Assembly: GCA_963820525.1 (NCBI GenBank)
Contig: CAWGAA010000001.1
Location: 160,001-224,000, forward strand
Source: an uncultured Spirochaetota bacterium
Lineage (GTDB): Bacteria > Spirochaetota > Spirochaetia > SZUA-6 > Fen-1364
Reading direction: 5' to 3'
DNA: 64,000 bases
Shown: in pieces, positions 11,701 through 21,362 of the stretch
Layout: each line of letters starts with the position of its first letter
How positions within the stretch are numbered: the first letter of the stretch is position 1
The notes under the pieces: generated by a model
Database searches by the model: none
Seen by the model: only the letters and a program-made list of their open reading frames with translations
What the model was told of the DNA's origin: nothing
Position numbers and translations under genes: made by a program

Positions 11701-12357
11701 CTCAAGCTCTGGGGACTGACCAGCACCTTCACCGCGGAGAACATGTACCCCGTGGACCATTGGCTGGGCACCCAGCTCACTGGCGCTGCGCAGCAGTTCC
11801 TTCCCTCGCTTTTTCGCGTGGAATATAATTACTCGGGCGGCCCCATCTGGTTGTGGAAAAACCGGATCAAGCTTGACCCCACGCTGAAGACGAGCTGGTA
11901 CCTGAACCTCCAGAAGTACGCTGACAACTCGCTGGACTTCACCCTTTCGCTGAACTTCTCGATCTTCAAGTTCCTCGACCTGTCGTTTTCCTCGACGTCC
12001 TACAACAACAAGACCTATCGCTGGATACCGGGATGGCCGGAGTCGGTGCCGGGCGGCGGAGAGTCCGAAGTGAATCCACTCGTGGACCTTCTTCGCTCGT
12101 TCAATTTCTTCAATACGAGCGATCGGTTCCTCTCCTCCTTCAAGCTGCGAAGCCTTTCGCTGAAGGCCGTCCACCACCTCCATGACTGGGATGTCACCCT
12201 GGAGTACCAGGGTTCGCCGCAGCTCCAGACGATCGGGGGAGTCCCCCAGTACGCATGGACCCCCGCATTCGCAATCCAGGTGCAGTGGGTCCCCGTCCCC
12301 GAGGTGAGAACAAGGATGTACCAGGATACCACGGGCGCCTTCTATATCAGGGATTGA
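8794..12357 (+). CDS. lptD: LptD/OstA-like outer-membrane protein (spirochaete type) with Pro-rich insertion
   Basis: Signal peptide, beta-jellyroll region (GSFTSCD...PHWQMKATRVWILGPGEW...LYLPFFF) and long beta-strand-rich C-terminus. Confidence 0.7.
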   Translation: MKRLVLLFLLLSSASILLAEDQPPAPSPAPPVPPKEAEQPPSPPTAEGLVSTTLPEDISTASYYELVAWCRQLGLDDSGSRADIQKKLYTYYKITPPAEAAKGKRVISVRSAKESEYFTVEQVSEKYIVLRGDVVVILSDQESGAVQEIHAQKITYNQTLNSVTAEGGVEYKITRSGKTDTFTGESLSFDVDTGEGAFYNGRTSRPLNRGDQQVTFFFQGDTISRLENDTVVLGNGSFTSCDLQEAPHWQMKATRVWILGPGEWALQNAVLSVGRIPMLYLPFFFLPGDELFFNPSIGYDLRKGEYLQTTTYLIGKKKPQKGTSFSFMQMASGEETDYDLELHGLFLRKIPPKESGKKADTSSLKVQLDGYSSLGVFLGLAGDFPPLVTFQLGLAESRSITTDSFGANTPLFIQPDGSTTSYWNQSSIFGLPVPFRFGMQGDLNASASFGSITSHFEYFSDPFFTQDFYTRSEGIQFTSNLAALLVPPQQTAIQSNLSWDFTSRADFSSLIKTSLLQSFSIPSFNLKFTWQSKETPSTAGTPLSVDPGRVFYYPSSLVAPNFSLSASGEILHYSSLQEATGQQPPAPAGAPPAPQTPASTPPAPGTPPAAQPPAAPGTPPAPGTQESPGAPPTPAQQPPASPPTQGNPPVPPAGEPAPQAKQQASPSADPGRGFRPPVKPFQAEKQEAKAPAVDHFVFRAPQLRKDQTISAQQMETTASIAYQVQPRATLEQTFDSSSWQSQKDVDFRLLYGTFETGGSSQLSGNITFFNKGLSSTLTLAADGTYRNRYSPSSSLTPSQWQSLLLGDLQQDRFALRSIFQSTVLPLAQVPLLSASNLNYRLNLRLYQLSTIGSDPLNPQFNGVGPAWDQTAISEHALQGTLALKAFDQSQTLAVTAQLPPLNQSLMARLDTGIWIFKTYAQGGATQLAGVWQYQPLVAGEIVQFSTDANISEELQFDVSGRALSKSTSQLKLWGLTSTFTAENMYPVDHWLGTQLTGAAQQFLPSLFRVEYNYSGGPIWLWKNRIKLDPTLKTSWYLNLQKYADNSLDFTLSLNFSIFKFLDLSFSSTSYNNKTYRWIPGWPESVPGGGESEVNPLVDLLRSFNFFNTSDRFLSSFKLRSLSLKAVHHLHDWDVTLEYQGSPQLQTIGGVPQYAWTPAFAIQVQWVPVPEVRTRMYQDTTGAFYIRD

Positions 12358-12384
12358 CTCTCCTTTGTCATTATCGATACCATC
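12355..12384 (+). promoter_or_regulatory. Putative sigma70 promoter for the phoH operon
   Basis: TTGACT-18nt-TACCAT, then an AGGAGG RBS before ATG 12400. Confidence 0.5.
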
Positions 12385-12399
12385 GTTTTCAGGAGGTCT

Positions 12400-13359
12400 A
12401 TGGAGAAACCGCTGACAGTCGTATTGAGCGACCAGGCCATTCTTCCCGAGGTTTGCGGAGCCAACGACAGCAACCTCAGGATCTTTGAAGAGCTGCTGGG
12501 CATCCGGATCTTCTCCCGGGGCAACGAGATCTTCCTCGAAACCGAGGACGATTCCGTAGAAAGAACCTTCAAATCACTGCTGCATCAGGTCGAGGATCAC
12601 ATCAGGCTGGGTCAGTATCCCGGCCCCGATCTCATCCGTTCCATCCACAGGACAATCCAGAGCGGCGAGTCCGAAAAGGCGGAGCTGCTCAAGCAGACCC
12701 ATGTGGTCATCCCCAATGGGTTTCGCAAGGTCTATCCCCGCACCTTCAACCAGGCCACCTACCTCGATGCGATAGAGACCAATGAGATGGTCTTTGGAGT
12801 CGGCCCCGCGGGCACCGGCAAGACATACCTTGCCGTGGCCCAGGCGCTCAAATGCGTCCTTGGGCAGGACCTGCGCAAGCTCATCATCACCCGCCCCGTC
12901 GTGGAGGCCGGGGAGAGCCTCGGCTATCTGCCCGGAGACCTGACGCAGAAGATCCATCCCTATCTCCGGCCGCTGTATGACGCGATCGAGTCCCTCGTTC
13001 CGCTGGAGATATTCCGGCGCATGGAGGAGAACGACGCCATCGAGATCGCCCCGCTCGCCTACATGCGCGGCCGCACCCTCTCGGGAAGCTTCATCATTCT
13101 CGACGAGGCCCAGAACACGACCCGGGAGCAGATGAAGATGTTCCTCACCCGCATCGGAGAGAACGCGCGCGTCGTCGTGACGGGGGACATCACCCAGATC
13201 GACCTCCCCCGAAGGTCGGATTCGGGCCTGCTCAACGTGATCCAGATCCTCAAGCCCATCCGCGAGATCCGGTTCGTATTCTTTGAAGAGCATGACGTCG
13301 TTCGAAACCCGCTGGTAAGAAAGATCGTCCACGCCTATGAGACAGCTCACGAAGAGTAG
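12400..13359 (+). CDS. phoH: PhoH family ATPase
   Basis: [41 protein letters not shown]. Confidence 0.95.
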   Translation: MEKPLTVVLSDQAILPEVCGANDSNLRIFEELLGIRIFSRGNEIFLETEDDSVERTFKSLLHQVEDHIRLGQYPGPDLIRSIHRTIQSGESEKAELLKQTHVVIPNGFRKVYPRTFNQATYLDAIETNEMVFGVGPAGTGKTYLAVAQALKCVLGQDLRKLIITRPVVEAGESLGYLPGDLTQKIHPYLRPLYDAIESLVPLEIFRRMEENDAIEIAPLAYMRGRTLSGSFIILDEAQNTTREQMKMFLTRIGENARVVVTGDITQIDLPRRSDSGLLNVIQILKPIREIRFVFFEEHDVVRNPLVRKIVHAYETAHEE

Positions 13360-15613
13360 CCTCCGCCGGCTCATGCTGCGGGCGGCGGAGGCATTCCATG
13401 CCTGGAAGGTGGAGCGGCGGACCACCATGCTCGTGGCCGGCTCGTTTTTCCTGGCGCTCGCCATTGTCCTTCTGGCCACTCAGCTCACGGGTTTTTCGCT
13501 TCCGATCCGGCCGACGGATTGGGAGGCGGGCAGGGTGGCGGAGAAGGATTTCGTGGTCGATCGGGACTTCCCCTTCGTCGACGAGAAGGCCACGGAGCTG
13601 AAGAGGGCGGCGCGCGAGAAGATCGTCCCGCCCGTATTCAGACTGAACGACGAGATCACCGCGAACGCCATCAGGAGATTCGGCTCCTTTGACAACGCCA
13701 TCCTCCGTCTCGCACGCGACCGGACCTCGGAGGAGAAGGCCTTCCTTCGCCTGCAGGTTGACTTTCCCGGGCTCTTGAGCGCAAGCGACGTGCACACCTT
13801 GATGGCGTACCCCAACCTTGAGCGGGCACTCGACGACGCGAGACGCCTCCTTCAAGACGCCCTCGATGCGGGGATCGTGGATCTTTCGGGTCATCGCGAG
13901 GAAATCGCGAACGCGGACGGCATCGAGCTGTGGAAGGACCGCGGCGCCGGCATCCAGACGGAGGAGATCCCGCTGGAAGGGCTGGGGACCGTGGAAAACC
14001 TCTCCAAAATGATGCAGGCGGACGTGAACGCCACGGTGCGCTCCGATTCCGAGAGGCGGCTTGTTCTCCTGCTCCTGCGCGCCTTTGCGGTGGAGAACGC
14101 CTTCTCCGATGCGCAGAACACCGCGGCGCACCGCGCCAGCGCGGGTCAGTCCGTGGAGCCGGTCACAGAAAAGCTCGTGAAGGGTCAGGTGCTCGCCCGC
14201 AGGGGGGACGTCATCTCCGATTCCACGGCCGCAAAGATCCGGGCTCTCGGGGAATACTCCAATACGGTGAACCTCAACGGCGTGATCGGAAGCGCCTTCT
14301 TTCTCGTTCTCGTGTTCTGCGTCTCCCTGTTCCTCTTCATTCCGAGGACGGGGGCGGGCTCGCTGCGCAGGAGCCAGATCTCCCTGATGTGCAGCCTTGG
14401 GCTGGCGTACCTCCTCCTGGCCGCGCTTTCGGTGAGGTTCTTCGCGCTGCCGGATTGGGTTCCCGCTTCGGTCATGGTGCCCGCCAGCGCCTTCTCCATG
14501 CTCGTCACGATCCTCGTCTCCAACCCCGCCGGCATTTCCTTCTCTCTCATCGCGTCCCTCGCCCTGATGCTCCTGACGGGAATGAACATTCACGCCTTCC
14601 TCTTCGCGCTGCTCAGCGGAATTGCAGGCGTGGCGGTGGTGATGAACGCGGAGAGGCGCATCGACCTCATCCGGGCCGGGCTCATCCTGGCTCTCATCGA
14701 CTGCGGCATCATCGGTGTGCTCGGTTTGCTCTCGAATTTCGATCCCGGCCGGTTTTTGCAAGCGGGGGGCTGGGCGGCTTTCAACGGCCTCGCCTGTGGG
14801 GTGCTCTCCCTCGGGTTCCTGCCCGTCTTCGAGCACCTGCTGAACGCTCCGACGCGGTTCCGCCTCATGGAGCTCTCGGACCTCAACTCCCCGATCTTCA
14901 AGCGGATGCTCTCCCTGGCGCCGGGGACCTACACGCATTCGATCAGCGTCGCCAACCTGGCGGAAAGCGCCTGTGAGGCGATCGGCGCGAATGCCCTGCT
15001 GGCCCGCGTGAGCGCCTACTACCACGACATCGGCAAGATCGATCAGGCCGACTATTTCATCGAGAACCAGAAGACGTTCAACAAGCACGACGACATGAGG
15101 GCCAGCCTTTCAGCGGCGGTGATAAAGAGCCACGTGCGCATCGGCGTGGAGAAGGCCAGGGAGCTGGCCCTCCCTCAGGCCATCGTTGACATCATCGCCC
15201 AGCACCACGGCCGGGGGCTCATCACCTATTTCTACCACCGGGCGGTGAACGAGGAAAAAAACCCCCGCGTGTCCCGCGATGATTACTCCTATCACGGGGT
15301 CAGGCCGAAGACCAAGGAAGCGGCAGTGCTCATGCTCGCCGACACCGTCGAGGCCGCCTCCCGAACCCTCAAGAGGCCCACCGAGGCGCGCCTCGAACGC
15401 TTCGTCTGGGACATCGTCATGGACAAGTTCCACTCCGGCGAGCTCGCCGACTCCAACCTGACCCTCAAGGACCTGGAGACCGTCAAGCGAAGCTTCGTGC
15501 GCATTCTCCAGGGTTACTTCCACGCGCGCATCGAGTACCCCAAGCTCCGGCGCGGCAAGGGGGAGCCGGGGCCGCTGGGCTCCGCGGACCAGGCCCGGGA
15601 GTCGCTGTCGTGA
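13337..15613 (+). CDS. pgpH: 7TM-HD (HDIG) phosphohydrolase, PgpH-like c-di-AMP phosphodiesterase
   Basis: Extracellular domain, about 7 TM helices, APGTYTHS...YYHDIGK...QHHG...MLADTVEAASR; phoH-HD-ybeY gene order. Confidence 0.8.
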   Translation: MRQLTKSSLRRLMLRAAEAFHAWKVERRTTMLVAGSFFLALAIVLLATQLTGFSLPIRPTDWEAGRVAEKDFVVDRDFPFVDEKATELKRAAREKIVPPVFRLNDEITANAIRRFGSFDNAILRLARDRTSEEKAFLRLQVDFPGLLSASDVHTLMAYPNLERALDDARRLLQDALDAGIVDLSGHREEIANADGIELWKDRGAGIQTEEIPLEGLGTVENLSKMMQADVNATVRSDSERRLVLLLLRAFAVENAFSDAQNTAAHRASAGQSVEPVTEKLVKGQVLARRGDVISDSTAAKIRALGEYSNTVNLNGVIGSAFFLVLVFCVSLFLFIPRTGAGSLRRSQISLMCSLGLAYLLLAALSVRFFALPDWVPASVMVPASAFSMLVTILVSNPAGISFSLIASLALMLLTGMNIHAFLFALLSGIAGVAVVMNAERRIDLIRAGLILALIDCGIIGVLGLLSNFDPGRFLQAGGWAAFNGLACGVLSLGFLPVFEHLLNAPTRFRLMELSDLNSPIFKRMLSLAPGTYTHSISVANLAESACEAIGANALLARVSAYYHDIGKIDQADYFIENQKTFNKHDDMRASLSAAVIKSHVRIGVEKARELALPQAIVDIIAQHHGRGLITYFYHRAVNEEKNPRVSRDDYSYHGVRPKTKEAAVLMLADTVEAASRTLKRPTEARLERFVWDIVMDKFHSGELADSNLTLKDLETVKRSFVRILQGYFHARIEYPKLRRGKGEPGPLGSADQARESLS

Positions 15614-16071
15614 GCCGTGTGGAGGTCGTGGCCTCGGGCCTCGCGCGCCCCCGCTGGAGCCCACGGCTTTCCCGTTTCTGCCGCGCGGCCCTCAAGATCA
15701 TGGGCCACGCGGACTGGGAGGTGTCGATCCTGCTCTGCGACGATGAGACGATGCGCTCGCTCAATAAGAAGTACCGGGGAACGGACTCCTCGACGGACGT
15801 GCTCTCCTTCCGCCAGGGCGATGAGGAGTCGCCGGGATGTTCGGCGGCTGTCGGCGATGTCGCCATCTCCCTGGACACCCTTCGGGCCAATGCCGGCAAG
15901 CTGGGGCTTTCAGAGGATGAGGAGCTGAAGCGGCTGGCGGTTCACGGACTGCTCCACCTGGCGGGGATGGACCACGGGAGGGGCAGGAGCGGGGCCATGC
16001 TCACGCTTCAGGAAAAGCTCTTGAGGGATCTCGCCGGACAGCATATCGTATCGTCACGCTCGCACCGATAG
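15610..16071 (+). CDS. ybeY: rRNA maturation endoribonuclease YbeY
   Basis: LNKKYRG...TDVLSF...HGLLHLAGMDH. Confidence 0.92.
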   Translation: MSRVEVVASGLARPRWSPRLSRFCRAALKIMGHADWEVSILLCDDETMRSLNKKYRGTDSSTDVLSFRQGDEESPGCSAAVGDVAISLDTLRANAGKLGLSEDEELKRLAVHGLLHLAGMDHGRGRSGAMLTLQEKLLRDLAGQHIVSSRSHR

Positions 16072-16103
16072 TGTAAAGTGAGAGGGGAGGGGCCTCGAAG
16101 GGT

Positions 16104-18083
16104 ATGCGCAGAGCTTACGGTCTGGTCTTCGCGCTGCTCGCGTTGGCGCTGGCTGCGCCGGCGGTGTCGGCCCAGGACGCGATCGGGCTGTACCGCGCAG
16201 GAAGCGACGCGCAGGCTTCCGGCGACTACTACCAGGCGATAGAAAAGTTCAAGTCGGCCCTTGGCGCCAACCCGACATATCTGGCCCCGATGATCGGCCT
16301 GGCCGAGTGTTTCTTCCTCCTGGAGGAATACGACGAGGCGGCGCGATGGGTCTCTGCGGCGAAAAAATACGACAGGGACGATCCCGACCTCGCTGTGCTG
16401 GAAGGACGGATCGACATCGGCCGGGGAGACATCTCTTCGGCGCGCTCGCTCTTCCAGTCCGTGCTCTCACGCCAGCCGAACAATCTGGAGGCCCGCTTCG
16501 GCATGGCGGAGGCCGAGGTGTCGGAGGGAAGGGCGAAGGAGGCCCTCTCCCGGTACTCCCAGACCCTGAAGATGGCACCGGAGAGCTCCAAGGCGCTGCT
16601 TTCCCTCGCGCTGCTCTCCGATGAGATGGGAGACCAGACCGCGGCGTCGAGGTATTTCGACCTGGTGCTTCGAAGCCACTCCGATGATCCGCAGGTCGAG
16701 CTGGAGGCGGCAAGCTGGTACGCGCGCCGCGGCAGCCTCACCGATGCAGAGAAACGCGCCAGGATAGCGCTCTCCTTGAAGCCGGGCCTTCAAGCAGCCC
16801 AGCTCCTCCTCGGCGCCATCTTTCTGCAGAGCGGCCGCCCCCAGGACGCGATCGACGCCTACCGGCAGGTGGTTTCAGCAAACCGGGAGGAGGCGCTCGC
16901 CTGGTACGGCCTGGGCGTCGCCTATGCTCGGAACAAGGATACGACGAATGCCCTCGGAAGCCTGGGGACCGCGCTCTCGATCCGGCCACAGGACGAGGTG
17001 TCCAGAATCGCGGCGGAAAGCATTGCCCTCGATTTCCTGAAAATGGACGACCCTCAACGGCAGAAGCTGGCCGCCTACCATGTGAAGCTGGGATCCGAGC
17101 TGGAGAGCCAGAGCTTCCTCGACCGCGCGCTGGCCGAATACAGGAGGGCCCTGCTCCTGGATCCCATCTCCCGGGACGCGAGGGTTGCCTACGCCCGCAT
17201 CTTTCTCACCATGGGATTCCCTGCCAAGTACCTGAACGAGCTCCAGGTTCTCTCCAAGCTCGGCGTGAAAGACACCTTCGTGAGCGACGAGATCGAGACC
17301 TACACGAGCCGACTCGCCGATTCCCTTTCCGCCTCATGGGGCGTGGACCAGTTCGCCATAGATCGGCGGAAGTACACAGTCCCCGTATTCACGGTCTCCT
17401 CGACGAACCGGCTGTTCCATCCCCAGTCAAGCGATCTCCTCGCCCGCTTTTTCACCGACATGCTGCTGCGCTACGACTCCCTTTCCATTCCGGCCGGTCC
17501 TCCCGCCGTATCCGGTGTGGACGAGGCGTTCCGCAGCGCGCGGGAAAAAGGGAGCGACTACTTTCTCCTTCTCGGCTTCGACGAGTCTGAGCGGAGCTTC
17601 TCGGCCGACGCGGATCTGTATCTCTCCGCGACCGGCGAGCGTGTGGCATCCTACGGGGGCTTTCGCACGGGAAACGACAGGATCCGGGACGATTTTATCA
17701 AGATCGGCGCCCAGCTGGCCTCGGCGCTTCCCCTGCGGGGGACGCTCCAGAGCCGGAAGCTGGACCAGGGCCTGATCGACCTCGGCTCCTTTTCCGGGGC
17801 CAAGAAAAACGATTCCCTCGTCGTTGTCAGGCGGGATACCGTGCGCCTCGATCCACAGGCGCCGGGACTCCTCTACGCGGATTCGGATGTGCTGGGAACC
17901 TTCACCATACAGGCCGCCGACGAGGGAGTCGCCGCGGGGAACCTCCAGAGGAAGGGGTACTTCGATTTCATCAATCCCGGGGACGAAGTAGTGTATCCCG
18001 TGGCGAAGAAAGAGCAGGCCCCCCTGCAACCGGCCCCCCGGAAGGGCAATATCCTCACACGCCTGTTCGGAATCAAGGGCTGA
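16104..18083 (+). CDS. Exported tetratricopeptide-repeat protein
   Basis: Signal peptide, about 10 TPR-like helical repeats and an alpha/beta C-terminal region. Confidence 0.8.
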   Translation: MRRAYGLVFALLALALAAPAVSAQDAIGLYRAGSDAQASGDYYQAIEKFKSALGANPTYLAPMIGLAECFFLLEEYDEAARWVSAAKKYDRDDPDLAVLEGRIDIGRGDISSARSLFQSVLSRQPNNLEARFGMAEAEVSEGRAKEALSRYSQTLKMAPESSKALLSLALLSDEMGDQTAASRYFDLVLRSHSDDPQVELEAASWYARRGSLTDAEKRARIALSLKPGLQAAQLLLGAIFLQSGRPQDAIDAYRQVVSANREEALAWYGLGVAYARNKDTTNALGSLGTALSIRPQDEVSRIAAESIALDFLKMDDPQRQKLAAYHVKLGSELESQSFLDRALAEYRRALLLDPISRDARVAYARIFLTMGFPAKYLNELQVLSKLGVKDTFVSDEIETYTSRLADSLSASWGVDQFAIDRRKYTVPVFTVSSTNRLFHPQSSDLLARFFTDMLLRYDSLSIPAGPPAVSGVDEAFRSAREKGSDYFLLLGFDESERSFSADADLYLSATGERVASYGGFRTGNDRIRDDFIKIGAQLASALPLRGTLQSRKLDQGLIDLGSFSGAKKNDSLVVVRRDTVRLDPQAPGLLYADSDVLGTFTIQAADEGVAAGNLQRKGYFDFINPGDEVVYPVAKKEQAPLQPAPRKGNILTRLFGIKG

Positions 18084-18098
18084 AGCGGCTCTCTCCCG

Positions 18099-18127
18099 TT
18101 GACACTCCCCCCTCTTTTCCCTATATT
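18099..18127 (+). promoter_or_regulatory. Sigma70 promoter for pgk-tpiA-secG and possibly the ATPase genes
   Basis: TTGACA-17nt-TATATT; AAGGAG RBS before ATG 18170. Confidence 0.7.
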
Positions 18128-18169
18128 CGTGCAGATCTCTAACCTCATATTTCCACCGGGCTAAGGAGC

Positions 18170-19360
18170 ATGGAGATGGCCAAGAAGAGCGTCCGAGACA
18201 TCGACCTCAAGAACAAGAAGGTGCTGGCACGGGTTGACTTCAACGTCCCGCTCAAGGACGGCGCGATCACGGACGACACGCGGATCACCGCCGCGCTGCC
18301 CACGCTGAAGTACATCCTGGACCAGAAGGGAGCCAAGCTCATCCTCATGAGCCACCTCGGCCGGCCGAAGAAGGGCCCCGACAAGGAGAACTCGCTGGCT
18401 CCCGTGGCCAAGAGGCTCTCGGAGCTCCTGGGCAGGAAGGTCACACTGGCCCCGGACTGCATCGGGCCCGAGGCGGAGAAGGCCGTCGCGGCCATGAAGC
18501 CCGGAGACGTCGTCCTTCTGGAGAATGTCCGCTTCCATCCCGAGGAGGAGAAGAACGATCCCGCTTTCGCCAAGGCGCTCTCCTCACTCGGAGACGTCTA
18601 CGTGAACGACGCGTTCGGAACCGCCCACAGGGCGCACGCATCCACGGAAGGCGTTGCCCGCTATCTTCCCGCCGTGGCCGGCTTCCTGATGGAGAAGGAG
18701 ATCACGTTCCTCGGCGGGGTTCTTGAAAACCCTGCCAAGCCCTTTGTCGCAGTCATCGGCGGCGCGAAGGTCTCCACCAAGATCGCCGTCCTCCAGTCTC
18801 TCCTGCCCAAGGTAAGCACGTTCATCATCGGCGGCGGAATGGCGTATACATTCCTCAAGGCGAAGGGGATCTCGGTCGGCAAGTCCCTCGTGGAGGAAGA
18901 GTTCGCCAAGACGGCATCGGACTTCCTCGAGGCCGCCGAGAAGGCGAAGGTCGAGGTCCTCCTGCCCGTGGACCACAAGGTTGCACCCGAGTTCTCGGAG
19001 AGCGCGAAGGCGGAGCTTGTTGACGGAGTCAACGTTCCCGAGGGCAAGGTCGCGATGGACGTCGGCCCCAAGAGCCTCGCCCTTTTCCGCGACCGGATCG
19101 CAAAAGCGAAAACAGTGGTCTGGAACGGACCCCTGGGGGTGTTCGAGTTCGCCGAGTTCAGCCAGGGAACCCTGGAGCTCGCCAAGATGGTGGCGGCGTG
19201 CCCCGGCGTCACCGTGGTGGGCGGAGGGGACTCCGTCGCCGCCGTGAACAAGTTCGGCCTCGCCGACAAGATAAAGCACGTTTCGACCGGCGGCGGCGCT
19301 TCCCTCGAGTTCCTCGAGGGCAAGGAGCTTCCCGGCATCACGGCTCTGCAATCGAAGTAG
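18170..19360 (+). CDS. pgk: Phosphoglycerate kinase
   Basis: [39 protein letters not shown]. Confidence 0.98.
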   Translation: MEMAKKSVRDIDLKNKKVLARVDFNVPLKDGAITDDTRITAALPTLKYILDQKGAKLILMSHLGRPKKGPDKENSLAPVAKRLSELLGRKVTLAPDCIGPEAEKAVAAMKPGDVVLLENVRFHPEEEKNDPAFAKALSSLGDVYVNDAFGTAHRAHASTEGVARYLPAVAGFLMEKEITFLGGVLENPAKPFVAVIGGAKVSTKIAVLQSLLPKVSTFIIGGGMAYTFLKAKGISVGKSLVEEEFAKTASDFLEAAEKAKVEVLLPVDHKVAPEFSESAKAELVDGVNVPEGKVAMDVGPKSLALFRDRIAKAKTVVWNGPLGVFEFAEFSQGTLELAKMVAACPGVTVVGGGDSVAAVNKFGLADKIKHVSTGGGASLEFLEGKELPGITALQSK

Positions 19361-19367
19361 GCGCGCG

Positions 19368-20123
19368 ATGAGACAGAAGTTCATAGCCGGCAACTGGAAG
19401 ATGTACAAGACAACGGGGGAGGCATCGGCGCTCGCCCGCACGCTCGTCTCCGCCCTTTCCTTGGAGAAGGGAAAGAGGATCATGGTGGCTCCTCCCTACA
19501 CAGCCCTTCACGCGGCGCGGGAGGCGCTTGCCGGCTCCCCGATACTGCTGGGGGCCCAGAACTCGGCCCAGGAGCTGGAGGGCGCGCACACGGGAGAGGT
19601 ATCTCCCCGGATGCTGAAGGACGCGGGCGTCTCCGTGGTCATCCTCGGACATTCCGAGCGCCGTCACGTCTACGGTGAAGTCGACTCCCTCATCAACAAG
19701 AAGGTTCGTCTCGCACTCTCCGAAGGCCTCGAGGTCATCCTCTGCGTGGGGGAGACCCTCGGCGAACGGCAGGGGGGCGTCACGGAAAAGGTGGTGGAGA
19801 CGCAGCTTGTGGGAGGCCTCGCCTCGGTGGATACCGCGGCCTTCGCGCGTGTGACCATCGCCTACGAGCCCGTGTGGGCCATCGGTACCGGGAAAAACGC
19901 GACCCCCGCAGACGCTGACTCGGTGCACCGCTTCATCCGCGGTGTGATCACGCGCCTGTACGGGAAGACGCAGGCCGAAAACATCACGATTCAATACGGC
20001 GGATCGGTGAAGCCGGACAACATCAGGGACCTCATGAAAATGGAGAACATCGACGGCGCCCTCGTGGGAGGGGCCTCCCTGAAGGCTGAAACGTTCCTGC
20101 CGATAGTGCAGTTCGATCGGTAA
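19368..20123 (+). CDS. tpiA: Triosephosphate isomerase
   Basis: AGNWKM, GHSERR, AYEPVWAIGTG, YGGSV, LVGGASL. Confidence 0.98.
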   Translation: MRQKFIAGNWKMYKTTGEASALARTLVSALSLEKGKRIMVAPPYTALHAAREALAGSPILLGAQNSAQELEGAHTGEVSPRMLKDAGVSVVILGHSERRHVYGEVDSLINKKVRLALSEGLEVILCVGETLGERQGGVTEKVVETQLVGGLASVDTAAFARVTIAYEPVWAIGTGKNATPADADSVHRFIRGVITRLYGKTQAENITIQYGGSVKPDNIRDLMKMENIDGALVGGASLKAETFLPIVQFDR

Positions 20124-20136
20124 GGGGGATTTCGAT

Positions 20137-20541
20137 ATGGGTCTTATCAGCATTGCCGTCCTCGTGATCCTGGTGATCAGCGCGATACTCCTCGTGCTCG
20201 TCATCCTCATCCAGGACGAGGAAGGTGAGGGGATCGGCGGTCTATTCGGCGGCGGAAGCTCGACTCCCTTCGGCTCCCGGTCGGGAAACGTGCTCACGAA
20301 GTTCACCGCCGTGCTTGCGACGATATTCCTGTTCTGCGCATTCGCCCTGGCGTGGCTCAACCGCTCTCCCGAAGTCGGCAACGTCATCGGCAAGGCCAGG
20401 CAGCAGAGCATCCAGACCGGCCAGAGTAACGAGTGGTGGATCCAGCTCTCCAAACCGCCCACCGGCGACCAGGGGAAGCCAAACTCTCCCGCCCAGCCCG
20501 ACGGCGCGGTGCCTGCGGCCGGGGATTCGGGAGGAAAATAG
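20137..20541 (+). CDS. secG: Preprotein translocase subunit SecG
   Basis: Two TM helices flanking LIQDEEGEGIGGLFGGG; tpiA-secG gene order. Confidence 0.9.
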   Translation: MGLISIAVLVILVISAILLVLVILIQDEEGEGIGGLFGGGSSTPFGSRSGNVLTKFTAVLATIFLFCAFALAWLNRSPEVGNVIGKARQQSIQTGQSNEWWIQLSKPPTGDQGKPNSPAQPDGAVPAAGDSGGK

Positions 20542-21024
20542 GTGGCGCTGCTTCTCGCGGAGCTCTTCACGCCGGGGCGCATCAAGACCGACCTCGAGGC
20601 GGAGGACAAGCCGGAGGTTTTCGAGGAGCTCGTGGACCTGCTGGTGACACAGTACATGCTCGATTGCAGAGACGAGATCCTCGAAGCCATCAGGGTCCGC
20701 GAGGAGAAGATGTCCACCGGAATCAAGAGGGGCATCGCGATACCGCACGCGAAAACCTCCCTCACAAAGGGTGTCATCGGCGTCCTGGGAATCTCTCGCA
20801 GGGGCATCGATTACGAGTCCCTGGACGGCGAGCCGGTGCACCTGCTCTTTCTCATGGTGAGCTCGGAGGATGATGCCGGCCAGCATCTCGCTGCGCTCAA
20901 GAAGATCGCCCTGCTCGTGGAGAATCCCGACTTCTACTCCGAGATGCTCGCCGCGAGCGATCCTGAGAAAGTGAATAGGATCATCCGCAAGCACGAGGAG
21001 ATCCTCGATTCCCAGGAATCCTGA
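20542..21024 (+). CDS. PTS EIIA (Fru/Ntr type) domain protein
   Basis: REEKMSTGIKRGIAIPHA phospho-His motif; no EIIB/EIIC nearby. Confidence 0.88.
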   Translation: MALLLAELFTPGRIKTDLEAEDKPEVFEELVDLLVTQYMLDCRDEILEAIRVREEKMSTGIKRGIAIPHAKTSLTKGVIGVLGISRRGIDYESLDGEPVHLLFLMVSSEDDAGQHLAALKKIALLVENPDFYSEMLAASDPEKVNRIIRKHEEILDSQES

Positions 21025-21042
21025 AAAAGCGACGGTGGGAGA

Positions 21043-21348
21043 ATGTCGGACATTCTTGACAAGCTTCTGGGCATAGAGAAGGACGCTTCCGGGCTGACAG
21101 CGGAGGCGGAGGCGGAAGCCAATCGGAGGAAGACCCTCGCCCGGATCGAAGCCCAGAAAGAGCACACCCGGTTGCTTGCGGAGAAGGCCCGGGAGATCGA
21201 GAGCCGCATCGCCGAAGAGCGCGCGCGGCTCGCCGAGGAGCGGGAGCTGAAGAACCGCGCCTATGCCGAGGGCTTGCGCACGCGGCCCCTGAGCGTCGAG
21301 GAGTTCCGCCGAGCGCTGCTCGCCTTCATCAGCTCCGAACGCGCATAG
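21043..21348 (+). CDS. V/A-type ATPase peripheral stalk subunit G/H
   Basis: Short E/A/R-rich coiled coil at the head of the ATPase operon. Confidence 0.7.
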   Translation: MSDILDKLLGIEKDASGLTAEAEAEANRRKTLARIEAQKEHTRLLAEKAREIESRIAEERARLAEERELKNRAYAEGLRTRPLSVEEFRRALLAFISSERA

Positions 21349-21362
21349 GGAAGGCGCCCACG

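Noticed and set aside
13250..15088. 612-aa antisense ORF, and similar long antisense ORFs at 6257-7831, 25768-27381, 49739-51205 and 61366-62868
   Set aside because: Shadows of well-supported genes; stop codons are rare on the opposite strand in high-GC coding DNA, and they have no motifs.
12400..16071. phoH-HD-ybeY cluster as a novel c-di-AMP system
   Set aside because: This is a well-known conserved gene order.
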